A DNA stretch of 63,666 bases, filler included, from Octopus bimaculoides (Eukaryota): NCBI RefSeq assembly GCF_001194135.2. It is 5 parts of 5 records of this genome, joined end to end, with 100 filler letters (N's around TTAATTAATTAA, not from the genome) between each part and the next. Parts side by side here need not be neighbours in the genome. Positions count along the whole stretch, not along the records: positions 24,659 to 54,938 come from NC_068983.1; positions 55,039 to 61,283 come from NC_068982.1; positions 61,384 to 63,666 come from NC_069008.1; 2 more parts are not named here. One strand, written 5' to 3'. Position 1 is the first letter of the stretch. Every line of letters starts with the position of its first letter. The notes under the pieces were generated by a model. The model made no database searches. It worked only from the letters and a program-made list of their open reading frames with translations, and was not told where the DNA came from. This document shows positions 53,535-63,666 of the stretch, in pieces. A program made the position numbers and the translations under genes.

Positions 53535-53700
53535 CCTTGACGAATTTAGTCAAGCGAATGGAATCTAGTACGTATCTTTTTAAACTCTTGTACTTATTCT
53601 ATCTCAGTCTTCGTTGAACCGCTAAGTTACGGGGACGTAAACATACCAACACGGGTTGTCAAGCGGAGGGAACAATCACAGACACAAGCACACACACACA
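53535..53700 (-). mobile_element. SINE family B fragment
   Basis: gtacttattctatc...gaaccgctaagttacggggacgtaaacataccaacacgggttgtcaagcg. Confidence 0.8.
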
Positions 53701-53834
53701 CAAATATATATTTGTATGTATATATAATATATATATATATATCGTTGACCACTAAGGTGTACATTTAATGTGCTAGAAATTGACCACATCTTGTGTCTAC
53801 TAAGACCTAAATTGTTCTCAAAACGAAATTCAGC

Positions 53835-53866
<32 letters not shown>

Positions 53867-54387
53867 NNNNNNNNNNNNNNNNNNNNNNNNNNNNNNNNNN
53901 NNNNNNNNNNNNNNNNNNNNNNNNNNNNNNNNNNNNNNNNNNNNNNNNNNNNNNNNNNNNNNNNNNNNNNNNNNNNNNNNNNNNNNNNNNNNNNNNNNNN
54001 NNNNNNNNNNNNNNNNNNNNNNNNNNNNNNNNNNNNNNNNNNNNNNNNNNNNNNNNNNNNNNNNNNNNNNNNNNNNNNNNNNNNNNNNNNNNNNNNNNNN
54101 NNNNNNNNNNNNNNNNNNNNNNNNNNNNNNNNNNNNNNNNNNNNNNNNNNNNNNNNNNNNNNNNNNNNNNNNNNNNNNNNNNNNNNNNNNNNNNNNNNNN
54201 NNNNNNNNNNNNNNNNNNNNNNNNNNNNNNNNNNNNNNNNNNNNNNNNNNNNNNNNNNNNNNNNNNNNNNNNNNNNNNNNNNNNNNNNNNNNNNNNNNNN
54301 NNNNNNNNNNNNNNNNNNNNNNNNNNNNNNNNNNNNNNNNNNNNNNNNNNNNNNNNNNNNNNNNNNNNNNNNNNNNNNNNNNNNNNN

Positions 54388-54438
<51 letters not shown>

Positions 54439-54938
54439 CACACACATACACATATAACACATGCAGCGAGCGATCTGTGTCTCTTTACCTCCCTCTATTT
54501 ATTTCCCTCTCTATATATAACTATGTAGATAAGTTGAACTCTATGAGAGAGTACGAATGAGTGCCTGAAAATATGTATGTGTGTGTCGTCGTACATTTGG
54601 GTCTGTAATTGTGTGACTATGAGTCAGACAGACTCATAAATACATGACCTAGTAGATGCTTTAAAAGTGCTGGCGAATTAGGTTGTGACTGTTTTGCAAG
54701 GTAACTAATTTCTCTGCTTGGTTGGGATAATTAATATCTCCCATTTGTAACGTATATTTTTGATATAGCGCCAAAATATGAATATCCAATAATTTTTACC
54801 CTGCAAGCTCTAATTGCAATTGGTGTGGCTAAGTGAATTAGTGAAGAACACGTTTTTGTCTAGCATGTCGCACACTCCTGTCCAAAACTCCAATGCTCGG
54901 TGATGTAACAGAGATGATGATGATCATGATGATTATAA

Positions 54939-55038
54939 NNNNNNNNNNNNNNNNNNNNNNNNNNNNNNNNNNNNNNNNNNNNTTAATTAATTAANNNNNN
55001 NNNNNNNNNNNNNNNNNNNNNNNNNNNNNNNNNNNNNN
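54939..55038. other. Artificial 100-bp scaffold joiner
   Basis: 44N + TTAATTAATTAA (54983-54994) + 44N. Confidence 0.95.
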
Positions 55039-55119
55039 ATATATATATATATATATATATAATGTGTCTGTTTGTTTGTGTGTGTGTGTGTGTGTATGTG
55101 AGTATGCGTGCATGTAATC

Positions 55120-55310
55120 GTCTTTGCGTTTACGTTTGTTACCTATCGTATAACGACGGGTATTGGTTTAGTTAAACTCCTATAACTCAGCTCTTCGGCA
55201 AAGAAACCGCCAGCATAAGTAGCAATCTTCAAATCAGTATTGGAGTCAATAAGGTGATATTCCAGCCTGATCTCACTCTAAAGACTGAAACCAGTAAATG
55301 AGTAAAAATG
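55120..55310 (+). mobile_element. Highly diverged SINE family B 3' half
   Basis: ttcggcaaagaaaccg...ataagtag...aaggtgatattccagc...gactgaaaccagtaaatgagtaaaaa. Confidence 0.55.
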
Positions 55311-56050
55311 TATTAAATATATCATCGACATTTATCAGACGATTGAACACTTCCAACATGTTTTTCTAAAAATGTGTTCTTTATTACCTAGAAGATTAAG
55401 AAAATCAGAATGGTATTCTTTATGGCGTTCGAATCTAGGGTGCAAAGAGGGACAAAAGAAGCTTTGACTCACTAAAGTCTTGTTTTAAACGTTTGTAATA
55501 AACTGATTCCGCAAATGCAACTCAATGTCTTATCTTTGTTGTTGTTGTTACTTTGCTTGAAATCTAAACTAATTGAGCAGATCTATGATCAATGATATTC
55601 CGCTTATGATCACCCTGTCTTAAAGATATCTAATATTACAGCAGCTAATATGATTCTGCTTTCGTAAGACAGTATTGGGGTTTGAGGGTAACTTGGCTGC
55701 TATTTTTAGCAAATCAGCCGAGCATGTAGATACCTTTCTGTATGATACAGATTCTGAGCAAGATTTTCTAGAATAATGTTTTTCTGCTCTTAATTATTTT
55801 CCATCAGTGAGGAAACAAATAATCATTATTAAAACATCGCACATACGTGTATGAAGACATAAATACAGCTTTCATACATATTACCATTCTCTCAAACAAG
55901 CGCACGCAGCATCTGACACTATGCCTCTCAATATTATTCAAAATCACTATCTTTTTTTTACACAACACTGATACACGTGCATAAACACAATGTGTATACA
56001 TGCATACATAGAACACACATACATGTATACACCCATGTGTATTATTCAAG

Positions 56051-56083
<33 letters not shown>

Positions 56084-57654
56084 GCATAGACATAAATATT
56101 TCTTTGAAGACTTATACATACATACAAATATGTACACACAAATACAAACATACATGAACACATACACAACCCAACATACAATAATCTGTGAATGAACGTT
56201 TGCATGTTTTCTCTTACTTATGTACGTCTGTGTTCATGTAAATATATAGATATGTAGATATATGTATATAATGTCTGGAAGAAATACTTTTTGTTCACTA
56301 TATCATACTTCCGTGATTTCCTAAGCAATAGCATCACGGAAGCTAAGACGGCATTACCATGAAGACTATCAGGAATGACCTGGTTGCTTTTATGCATCAG
56401 CTGCCTCTCTTTAGATCGATTTTTATGCCCTGCTTACATATCACATTTTTCCTTCCTCATACTACTGGAACATTACCCTACTACCTCTAATACTAAAATA
56501 TCTCCTCTGTTATCCCTGTCTGCTTCCTCACCAAACGAAATTGCCGCAAGGGATATACGCCTTCTAAGTAGTACGTACTAAATTATAGCAGCTATTCAGT
56601 CAAGAAGCCAATGAATAAAATAACCATTCTGACATCACTTAAAGTTTTTTCCTTCTCTCACAACCAACATATTATATGTCAACATTGCCAAACAAAATTT
56701 CGATCTGTATCGAAGTCTAAACGATCTTGCTATCGTGCTATTCATGAGTAAAATAAATGAACTCAGGCACTGTTCCAAATAAGACTTCTGAAGAATCTGT
56801 CCAACTTAAATTTGCACACCTACTCTCTGTATACCGTCGTAATGATTTTAACTCAGCCTCTTCCACTGAAAACAGACACCTATATAGTTAATTTTAATAT
56901 GAGCTTGGCATTTTAGCCAATTTTCTGTGTATTAGTTTCGACAGCTTCTAGTGACTAGTACAGGGAAGTAGGTGATATTCCCTCTAGCTAAAAAGTTCGA
57001 TGGTCAGTTTTGTAGATAACATACTTCATTACTACTACTACTTCTCTTGAATATGGCATGAACTTTGCATATTTTTTATTATCCTCTTTTATTGGTGCTT
57101 GCCCTTTTGTCCGCTCAATGATATACCAATTTTTATCTGCCTATTGCCAAATACACTATAGTAATTAAGGACTTTATTTCTTTAAGTGGTCTTCACATCT
57201 ATGAAGATGCCAAAATAATGATTCTAGGGTTCGATTCTCTGTACAGGCCACTTTTTCCCGTCTTCTGACGGTATTTACCCGATTTTCTAAGTTGTCTTCA
57301 CAGCGGGACGCGTTCGAGAATTCCTCTGTTTTCCGTATATTACATATTAACATTACCAGAGCAATAAAGTCCAGGTCTTTTAAAATAATGTATTTTATTT
57401 GGTTTCATTACATAATACAATATGTTTGAAAAGTCAATGAATTAGGCTATTCCCCTAAAATAAATGTATATGACAAAAAATAATTGCTAGTTGGTCACAA
57501 ATTGATAATATATATGACTTTTATTTAGAACGAAGGAAATGTACAAGGGGACAGATGAAGAATTCTAGCTGTTTTTGTAGTCACTCGAACTCTAGTGGAA
57601 TAAGAGAAGCTGTTTTGCTGATATTTTATAACTTATTCTACACTCTTCACAAGA

Positions 57655-57860
57655 TATATCTTTTATCTCTTAGTTGTTTCAGCCCTTAGACCTCGGTTAT
57701 GCTGCACATCACCTTGTAGGATTTGGTCGAATAGATCGACCCGAGTACTTTTTTGTAATGTCTGGTACTTATTCTATTGGGCTCTCTCCGCTAAAACGCT
57801 AGGTTACGGGAAATAAATAAAACAAAATCGTCGATGGGGGTTAAACACAAACACAAGGAC
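57655..57860 (-). mobile_element. SINE family B 3' half
   Basis: ttgtttcagccc...ttggtcgaatagatcgacccgagtac...tctggtacttattctattgg...gttacgggaaataaa. Confidence 0.7.
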
Positions 57861-58095
57861 ACACATACACGGTTATATACATACATGCACACACCCACAA
57901 ACACACATGCGCACACATGCATGTACGCACGCACACACACACACACACACGCACACACACTGTCACACGCACACACTCTCACATACATACACGTAATATT
58001 TTCGTCGCTGTATGTAATAGTATATCAAAGCCATTAATACAAATTCTTCTAGAAATAATAATAGTCTAATACAGAACTGTTTTGCCTTATTATAA

Positions 58096-58517
58096 GCAGA
58101 GGCGTGGCTGTGTGGTAAGAAGCTTGCTTCTCAACCACATGGTTCCGGTTTCAGTCCCATTGCGAGGTACCTTGGGCAAGTGTCTTCTGCTATATCTCCG
58201 AGCCGAGCAAAGCTTTGTGAGAGGATTTGGGTGACGGATACTGAATGATGCCCGTCATATATATGTGTGTGTTTGTATGCGTGCGTGTGCAGGCGCGTGC
58301 GTGTCTTTGTGTCTGTATTTGTCCCACCATCACTGCTTGACAACCGGTGTTGGTGTGCTTGCGTCGATGTAACCTAACGGTTCAGCAAAAGAGACCGATG
58401 GAATATGTACTACGTTTAGAAATAAGTCCTGAGGTCAATTTCTTCAACTAAAACTCATCAAGGTGGTGCTCCAGCATGGCCACTGTCTAATGAATGAAAC
58501 AAGTAAAAGAGTAAAAG
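58096..58517 (+). mobile_element. Full-length SINE family B (tRNA head, CORE-like domain, internal (TG)n, LINE-like tail); probably OR2-related
   Basis: ggcgtggctgtgtggtaagaag...ggttccggtttcagtccc; CORE-like accttgggcaagtgtctt; tail ggtggtgctccagcatggcc...gaaacaagtaaaagagtaaaag. The OR2 name is from memory. Confidence 0.85.
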
Positions 58518-58589
58518 TGTATCGTATATATCTGGCTAAATATACATTGCCTACAGGGGAATAAACATAGAGGGGACAAACAAGGAGAG

Positions 58590-58760
58590 ACAAAGGGATT
58601 AAGTCGATTACATCAACCCCAGTCCGTAACTGGTACTTATTTAATCGAACCCGAAAGGATGAAAGGCAAAACTAACCTCGGCGAAATTTGAACTCAGAAC
58701 AAAACGGCAAGCTAAGCATTTCACCAGGCGTGCTAACGATTCTGCCAGCGCGCCGCCCTA
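58590..58760 (-). mobile_element. SINE family A, tail-to-tail with the family B copy
   Basis: ctggtacttatttaatcgaacccgaaaggatgaaaggcaaa...tttgaactcagaac...ctaacgattctgccagcgcgccgcc. Confidence 0.85.
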
Positions 58761-58901
58761 TATCTGGCAAAATATTATTGCAAAGATGTTATATTAGAAA
58801 TGACGATCTCTGTTCGAATAAGTAAAAAGATACTGTCTTACAAAAGAATACATTGACTGGTATACAAAATCATGCATAAATACAAACGTACAGACATATG
58901 T

Positions 58902-58949
<48 letters not shown>

Positions 58950-60117
58950 ACATGTAATTATTTATATAATTATGTAACCCCATTATGAGTCTAGAACGCA
59001 TGTTTCATTTAACGCAGATTCGGTTATAAGGCAATAAATCATTTGACGTAACCTTACTTATATATTTTCGGTTGGTATTTTCGGATTTTCTAAACCGGAC
59101 CTCAGTTTAGTGCATTCTCCTAATTTTCAAGCTAACATTTTGTTCCCATCAAATTCACGATAAACTAAATAGGTTGCAGTAGCTCTTATTTTTAGCAATG
59201 TAGGTGCTACCTTAGACTGTCAGTCACAGAGACAACTGAATTCCTCCTTTTTGGTTTTATATTGCTTATAGCCGCCTTCGTTATTTTATATATATATATA
59301 TATATATNNNNNNNNNNNNNNNNNNNNNNNNNNNNNNNNNNNNNNNNNNNNNNNNNNNNNNNNNNNNNNNNNNNNNNNNNNNNNNNNNNNNNNNNNNNNN
59401 NNNNNNNNNNNNNNNNNNNNNNNNNNNNNNNNNNNNNNNNNNNNNNNNNNNNNNNNNNNNNNNNNNNNNNNNNNNNNNNNNNNNNNNNNNNNNNNNNNNN
59501 NNNNNNNNNNNNNNNNNNNNNNNNNNNNNNNNNNNNNNNNNNNNNNNNNNNNNNNNNNNNNNNNNNNNNNNNNNNNNNNNNNNNNNNNNNNNNNNNNNNN
59601 NNNNNNNNNNNNNNNNNNNNNNNNNNNNNNNNNNNNNNNNNNNNNNNNNNNNNNNNNNNNNNNNNNNNNNNNNNNNNNNNNNNNNNNNNNNNNNNNNNNN
59701 NNNNNNNNNNNNNNNNNNNNNNNNNNNNNNNNNNNNNNNNNNNNNNNNNNNNNNNNNNNNNNNNNNNNNNNNNNNNNNNNNNNNNNNNNNNNNNNNNNNN
59801 NNNNNNNNNNNNNNNNNNNNNNNNNNNNNNNNNNNNNNNNNNNNNNNNNNNNNNNNNNNNNNNNNNNNNNNNNNNNNNNNNNNNNNNNNNNNNNNNNNNN
59901 NNNNNNNNNNNNNNNNNNNNNNNNNNNNNNNNNNNNNNNNNNNNNNNNNNNNNNNNNNNNNNNNNNNNNNNNNNNNNNNNNNNNNNNNNNNNNNNNNNNN
60001 NNNNNNNNNNNNNNNNNNNNNNNNNNNNNNNNNNNNNNNNNNNNNNNNNNNNNNNNNNNNNNATCATAAGATAAATATAATATTATAAGATAAATATCAT
60101 ATTAAATATAATATTAT

Positions 60118-60171
60118 AAGTAAATATCATAAGATAAATATAATATTATATTTATCTTATGATATTTACTT
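60118..60171. repeat. Perfect 54-bp AT-rich palindrome with no spacer
   Basis: aagtaaatatcataagataaatataat|attatatttatcttatgatatttactt. Confidence 0.9.
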
Positions 60172-60311
60172 TGCTTTATATTATACTCATTTATTGTGCT
60201 TTTAATTGTTAATTTTTCTATATGTGATAGTGGATTTTCATCGATGAGTTCTTGAAACTTGGTTATTTTCCCTAAAATTATATATGTATATATATATATA
60301 TACATACATTA

Positions 60312-60935
60312 AAGGGATCCTTCAAGCTTTGAAAATGAGAGAAAAGGCAATCAATTGTGGTCCTCTGGAGGACTTTCATCCTCAGCCGCCTGGATTACTG
60401 TTTGGATCACTAATCAGTGTAAAATTAACGACGGAACTCGAGGCTATCCGTCGAAGCTACACAAAGATCATTGACTCAATGTGACATCGGCTAATGTTAG
60501 AGACTGAAAGAGCTAAAACTCTACTCCCTGGAACAAAGGTGAGAAAGATATGCAGTAATATACATCTGGAAAATCCTAGAACTTGTAACAAACTTTAGCA
60601 TTATCAGTTACACAAGCAACAGGACGGGGCGCCACTGTATAGTACCAACAGTCCGAACATTGCCATCAGGATACAGGACCAGATACTGCAACAGCTTGGG
60701 CCTCAAAAACCTAGATCTTTTCAATATCCTCTCACAAAGCCCGAGAAACTTGTATGGTGTGGATGTAGGCGCTTTCAAAACAGAACTGGATCTGCTTCTG
60801 ACAAGAGTTCCGTATGAACCTATCTCAAGGCAAGAATCACATGTCACATATCAGAAGAGGTTTAGTGAAAGTGTAGCAAAGCAAACGGCTGTGCCCCCTG
60901 TCGGCTGCAGTCCTCGGACTGAAACTTAGACGAAA
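60312..60935 (+). mobile_element. 3' end of a CR1/L2-group LINE
   Basis: LWRTFILSRLDY...ELEAIRRSYTK...RLKELKLYSLEQR.ERYAVIYIWKIL...YRTRYCNSLG...FKTELDLLLTRVPYEP, followed by a short 3' UTR. Confidence 0.82.
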
Positions 60936-60946
60936 AACAATATATA

Positions 60947-61283
60947 TATAAAGTGTAGTATATTGCCACTTAAGTGTGGCTGACCCCTAGGGGTGGATGT
61001 TACTGTTGCTTTTAGCCCCAGGAGGACATCTCCTCCAGCTGGCTTATCGACACACGACTGTGTCCTGTTTGCCAAGGGAAGTTATCCCTCTCACCTCAGT
61101 CAGCAGCACGAACGTATCCGAATTTCAGGGTTATTTCCCTTCGTCGGCGTTCGACAGCTGATGACCTTGGTGAGAGGGACAAAAACCTGGCAAACCTTAT
61201 ATCTTCTTTTCCAGTGAAATTCTTCACTGATATTGAAAAGGTGAAAACAAGCAATGTTAATTCTCTAAATGAAGTATTAACAG
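60947..61283 (+). repeat. Young structured repeat, copy 2 (parts A+B+C), cut by the scaffold end
   Basis: ataaagtgtagtatattgccacttaagtgtggctgacccctagggg... differs from the 24360 copy by only one indel and one substitution over about 147 bp. Confidence 0.9.
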
Positions 61284-61383
61284 NNNNNNNNNNNNNNNNN
61301 NNNNNNNNNNNNNNNNNNNNNNNNNNNTTAATTAATTAANNNNNNNNNNNNNNNNNNNNNNNNNNNNNNNNNNNNNNNNNNNN
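61284..61383. other. Artificial 100-bp scaffold joiner
   Basis: 44N + TTAATTAATTAA (61328-61339) + 44N. Confidence 0.95.
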
Positions 61384-62335
61384 CCCCCCCCCCCATCGCT
61401 ACCATCCCACAGCACACCATTAGACAACCTTATCTGCCAACTAATCTCTCATGTTTAAGGAAAATACATTTTTTTTCATTCTCTGCAACAAAAAACAAAA
61501 CAAAAAAATAACAAAAAATTTATTGTAAGAAAATCAATATCATTAAATTTATTGTCTTTTAATCTTCGATTTATCTGTGTCTTTTTCCTATTATCTCTGT
61601 ATATCTCTGTATATGCATATATATATATATATACATGTGTATATTGGATATACGTACAATCATACACGTGTGTATATATAATATACTACATACGTATGCA
61701 TACATTTACATACATATATACATGCATATATGCATAAATATACACACATATATATGTATATATATACACATATGTGTATAGTGTGTATATATACATATAC
61801 ATACACACACAATTGCCCACACGTACACACACACACATGTAATTTTAGCGAGATCCAAAAGGTCGTGGTGAAAACATTTGGTTAGCCTCCAGCATAAACA
61901 AGGCTTGTATAGCTAACACAAGATGATACGATGATACGGTAATCAATCAATACAGTTTACTGATCAACGTATCCAATACACTTGGTCCCATATCGAAATT
62001 ATGCAAATATTCCGATGACTGCTCCTGTAACAAAGGTTATTCAATACACGATGGCTAAATCTGACAATGAAAAGAATGGAATAGGTAGTTATGCACTACA
62101 CGTGTTTCAAAAGAAATAACGAACGCATTTTACGCAACTTTGAGGTATTACGTAATTATTCAGTATGGTCTTTCATCAGGTACTTGTCTCTTGTCAGAAA
62201 TTCCGTACCTTCTAATGACTTGTAGGTACGCGGTATTTCGTTATGCAACCATCATATGCTATAAAGTAATCTAAATGTTTTTATAAGTCAATACCGCGTT
62301 TTACTGTGTTAACAGTGCGATTTACATTATTTTAA

Positions 62336-62765
62336 GATTATCTCTACAGATAATTCATAGAAATTATACCCAGCACTCATTTTTTTGCTACAACATTTCG
62401 TATACGAGACATCAGACGTAAACAAACAATGAGATCGAAGATGAAAAATGGGTGATGGGCGTACATTTACGTACCGGCTTCCAGGAGTGCGCTTAATATG
62501 TGAAATTGGTATATCAAATAATCATACACCGCTGTATACAGTGGCTATTTAAGCAATGTGTTCGATGATCATTGAAGGGTTAGATGGGTGCTGATGAAGG
62601 GGGATGGCACCTCCCCCCCCCCGAAATATGGCATATGCACCCATTACCCATTTTTCATCTTCGATCTCATTGTTTGTTTACATCTGATGTCTCGTATACG
62701 AAACAAATATCGTAACAAAAACCAGTGCTGGCAAGAATTTCTATTGAATATCTGTAGAGATAACC
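62336..62765. mobile_element. 430-bp MITE with about 130-bp TIRs and TTAA-type TSD (Kolobok-like)
   Basis: ttatctctacagata...gtatacgagacatcaga.gtaaacaaacaatgagatcgaagatgaaaaatggg inverted at both ends. Termini are RR...YY; flanks are TTAA (62332-35) and TCAA (62766-69). Confidence 0.82.
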
Positions 62766-62866
62766 TCAAGAAGTAGTTCAGTTCTATATTTAAGAGATGA
62801 AGAATTATTTACATTATTTACATTATTTACATTTGATGGATAGTTGTCCTCATCTTGTTTCTTGTT

Positions 62867-62912
62867 AACACAACGTTTCGGCTGATATACCCTCCAGCCT
62901 TCTTCAGATGTC
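62867..62912 (-). ncRNA. Minimal type-I hammerhead ribozyme motif (inverted copy)
   Basis: Reverse complement GACAU-CUGAAGA-A-GGCUG...CAGCC-GAAAC-GUU-GUGUU with intact ACGU palindromic stem III. Confidence 0.7.
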
Positions 62913-62961
62913 TTAGGGAAATTTTGAACCTGGGTTCTCATTCCTAAGGTATTTTTCGATG

Positions 62962-63048
<87 letters not shown>

Positions 63049-63124
63049 GTAGTAGTAGTAGTAGTAGCCCTCGCTCTTAACCCCAAGATTCCGAGTTCGA
63101 TTCCAGGCAGTGACCTGAATAATA

Positions 63125-63181
<57 letters not shown>

Positions 63182-63250
63182 GCAACAACAACAACAACAA
63201 CATCGAAAAATACCTGAGGAATGAGAACCCAGGTTCGAAATTTGCCCCAA

Positions 63251-63296
63251 GACACCTGATGAAGGCTGGAGGGTATATCAGCCGAAATGTTGTGTT
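63251..63296 (+). ncRNA. Minimal type-I hammerhead ribozyme motif
   Basis: GACAC-CUGAUGA-A-GGCUG/GAGGGUAUAU/CAGCC-GAAAU-GUU-GUGUU. Stems I and II pair; the palindromic stem III C is changed to U in this copy. Confidence 0.7.
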
Positions 63297-63532
63297 AACA
63301 ACAAACAAGAGGCGGACAAATATCTGTCAAATGTAAATAACGTAAATAATATTAAGAAGTAGTGTAATAAATTTTCTTACTGACAGGTGAAAAGTACCTA
63401 ATGAGAAGGAACATTAAATAATTACGAAATATGCGTAATTAAATATAAATATAAATATAAATATATGCGCTGAGTGTTCTTTTTCAAAGACCGATATATA
63501 TATATATATATAATATATCCATTCGGTGTGCA

Positions 63533-63578
63533 TTCAAAGCAATGATTAGTAACATTACGAAACCGGTATGCTTTTGAA
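63533..63578 (+). ncRNA. Decayed hammerhead-like motif of another family
   Basis: AAAGCA-[AUGAUUA]-GUAA/CA/UUAC-GAAA-CCGG-UA-UGCUUU. All stems pair, but the core has two substitutions relative to CUGAUGA. Confidence 0.5.
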
Positions 63579-63666
63579 TCTCTTTAACAACTCACAATAA
63601 TGACTTTTATTACCTTTATTCCTACCTGAGTTCATCTAATTGTGTATATATGTATATATATATATA

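Larger units (their letters stand above)
62778..63353. mobile_element. TSD-flanked foldback retroelement: tRNA-derived head, (AAT)n and PLE-like terminal repeat with hammerhead
   Basis: Arms about 62805-62963 (-) and about 63200-63350 (+) are reverse complements. B-box GAGTTCGATTCC at about 63093-63104; direct repeat AAGAAGTAGT at 62768-62777 and 63354-63363. Confidence 0.8.

Noticed and set aside
61155-61190. Hammerhead in the young structured repeat (CTGATGA CCT..AGG GACA)
   Set aside because: GAAA is replaced by GACA and no stems I or III are found.
1955-63336. Many long ORFs of IY, CV, HT, poly-L/N/S/K and X runs
   Set aside because: They are translations of (TA)n, (TG)n, (TATG)n and trinucleotide microsatellites and of N gaps; no coding evidence.

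Overview
AT-rich, microsatellite-dense eukaryotic DNA from a gapped short-read assembly. The repeat families look like those of octopus, probably Octopus bimaculoides; this is an inference from recognised repeats, not a database result. Four identical artificial spacers (44 N + TTAATTAATTAA + 44 N) split the window into five joined segments: 1-11620, 11721-24558, 24659-54938, 55039-61283 and 61384-63666. The only host gene I can support is two consecutive minus-strand exons of SHOC2 (LRR scaffold of the Ras-MAPK pathway) at 12554-12668 and 12336-12460, in a CpG-depleted segment. The rest is mobile DNA and simple repeats: at least three tRNA-derived SINE families, two RTE LINE remnants, a CR1/L2-group LINE 3' end, three DD37D (maT) Tc1/mariner remnants, several Penelope-like element (PLE) remnants and several MITEs. 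The most interesting structure is a TSD-flanked foldback element at 62778-63353 that combines a tRNA-derived head, (AAT)n and two minimal type-I hammerhead ribozyme motifs. Also notable are a 1.45-kb PLE palindrome, a Merlin-like MITE carrying TTAGGG repeats that cleanly interrupts a PLE ORF, and a probable SINE-LINE partner pair. Nearly all long ORFs in the supplied track are microsatellite or N-gap artefacts.
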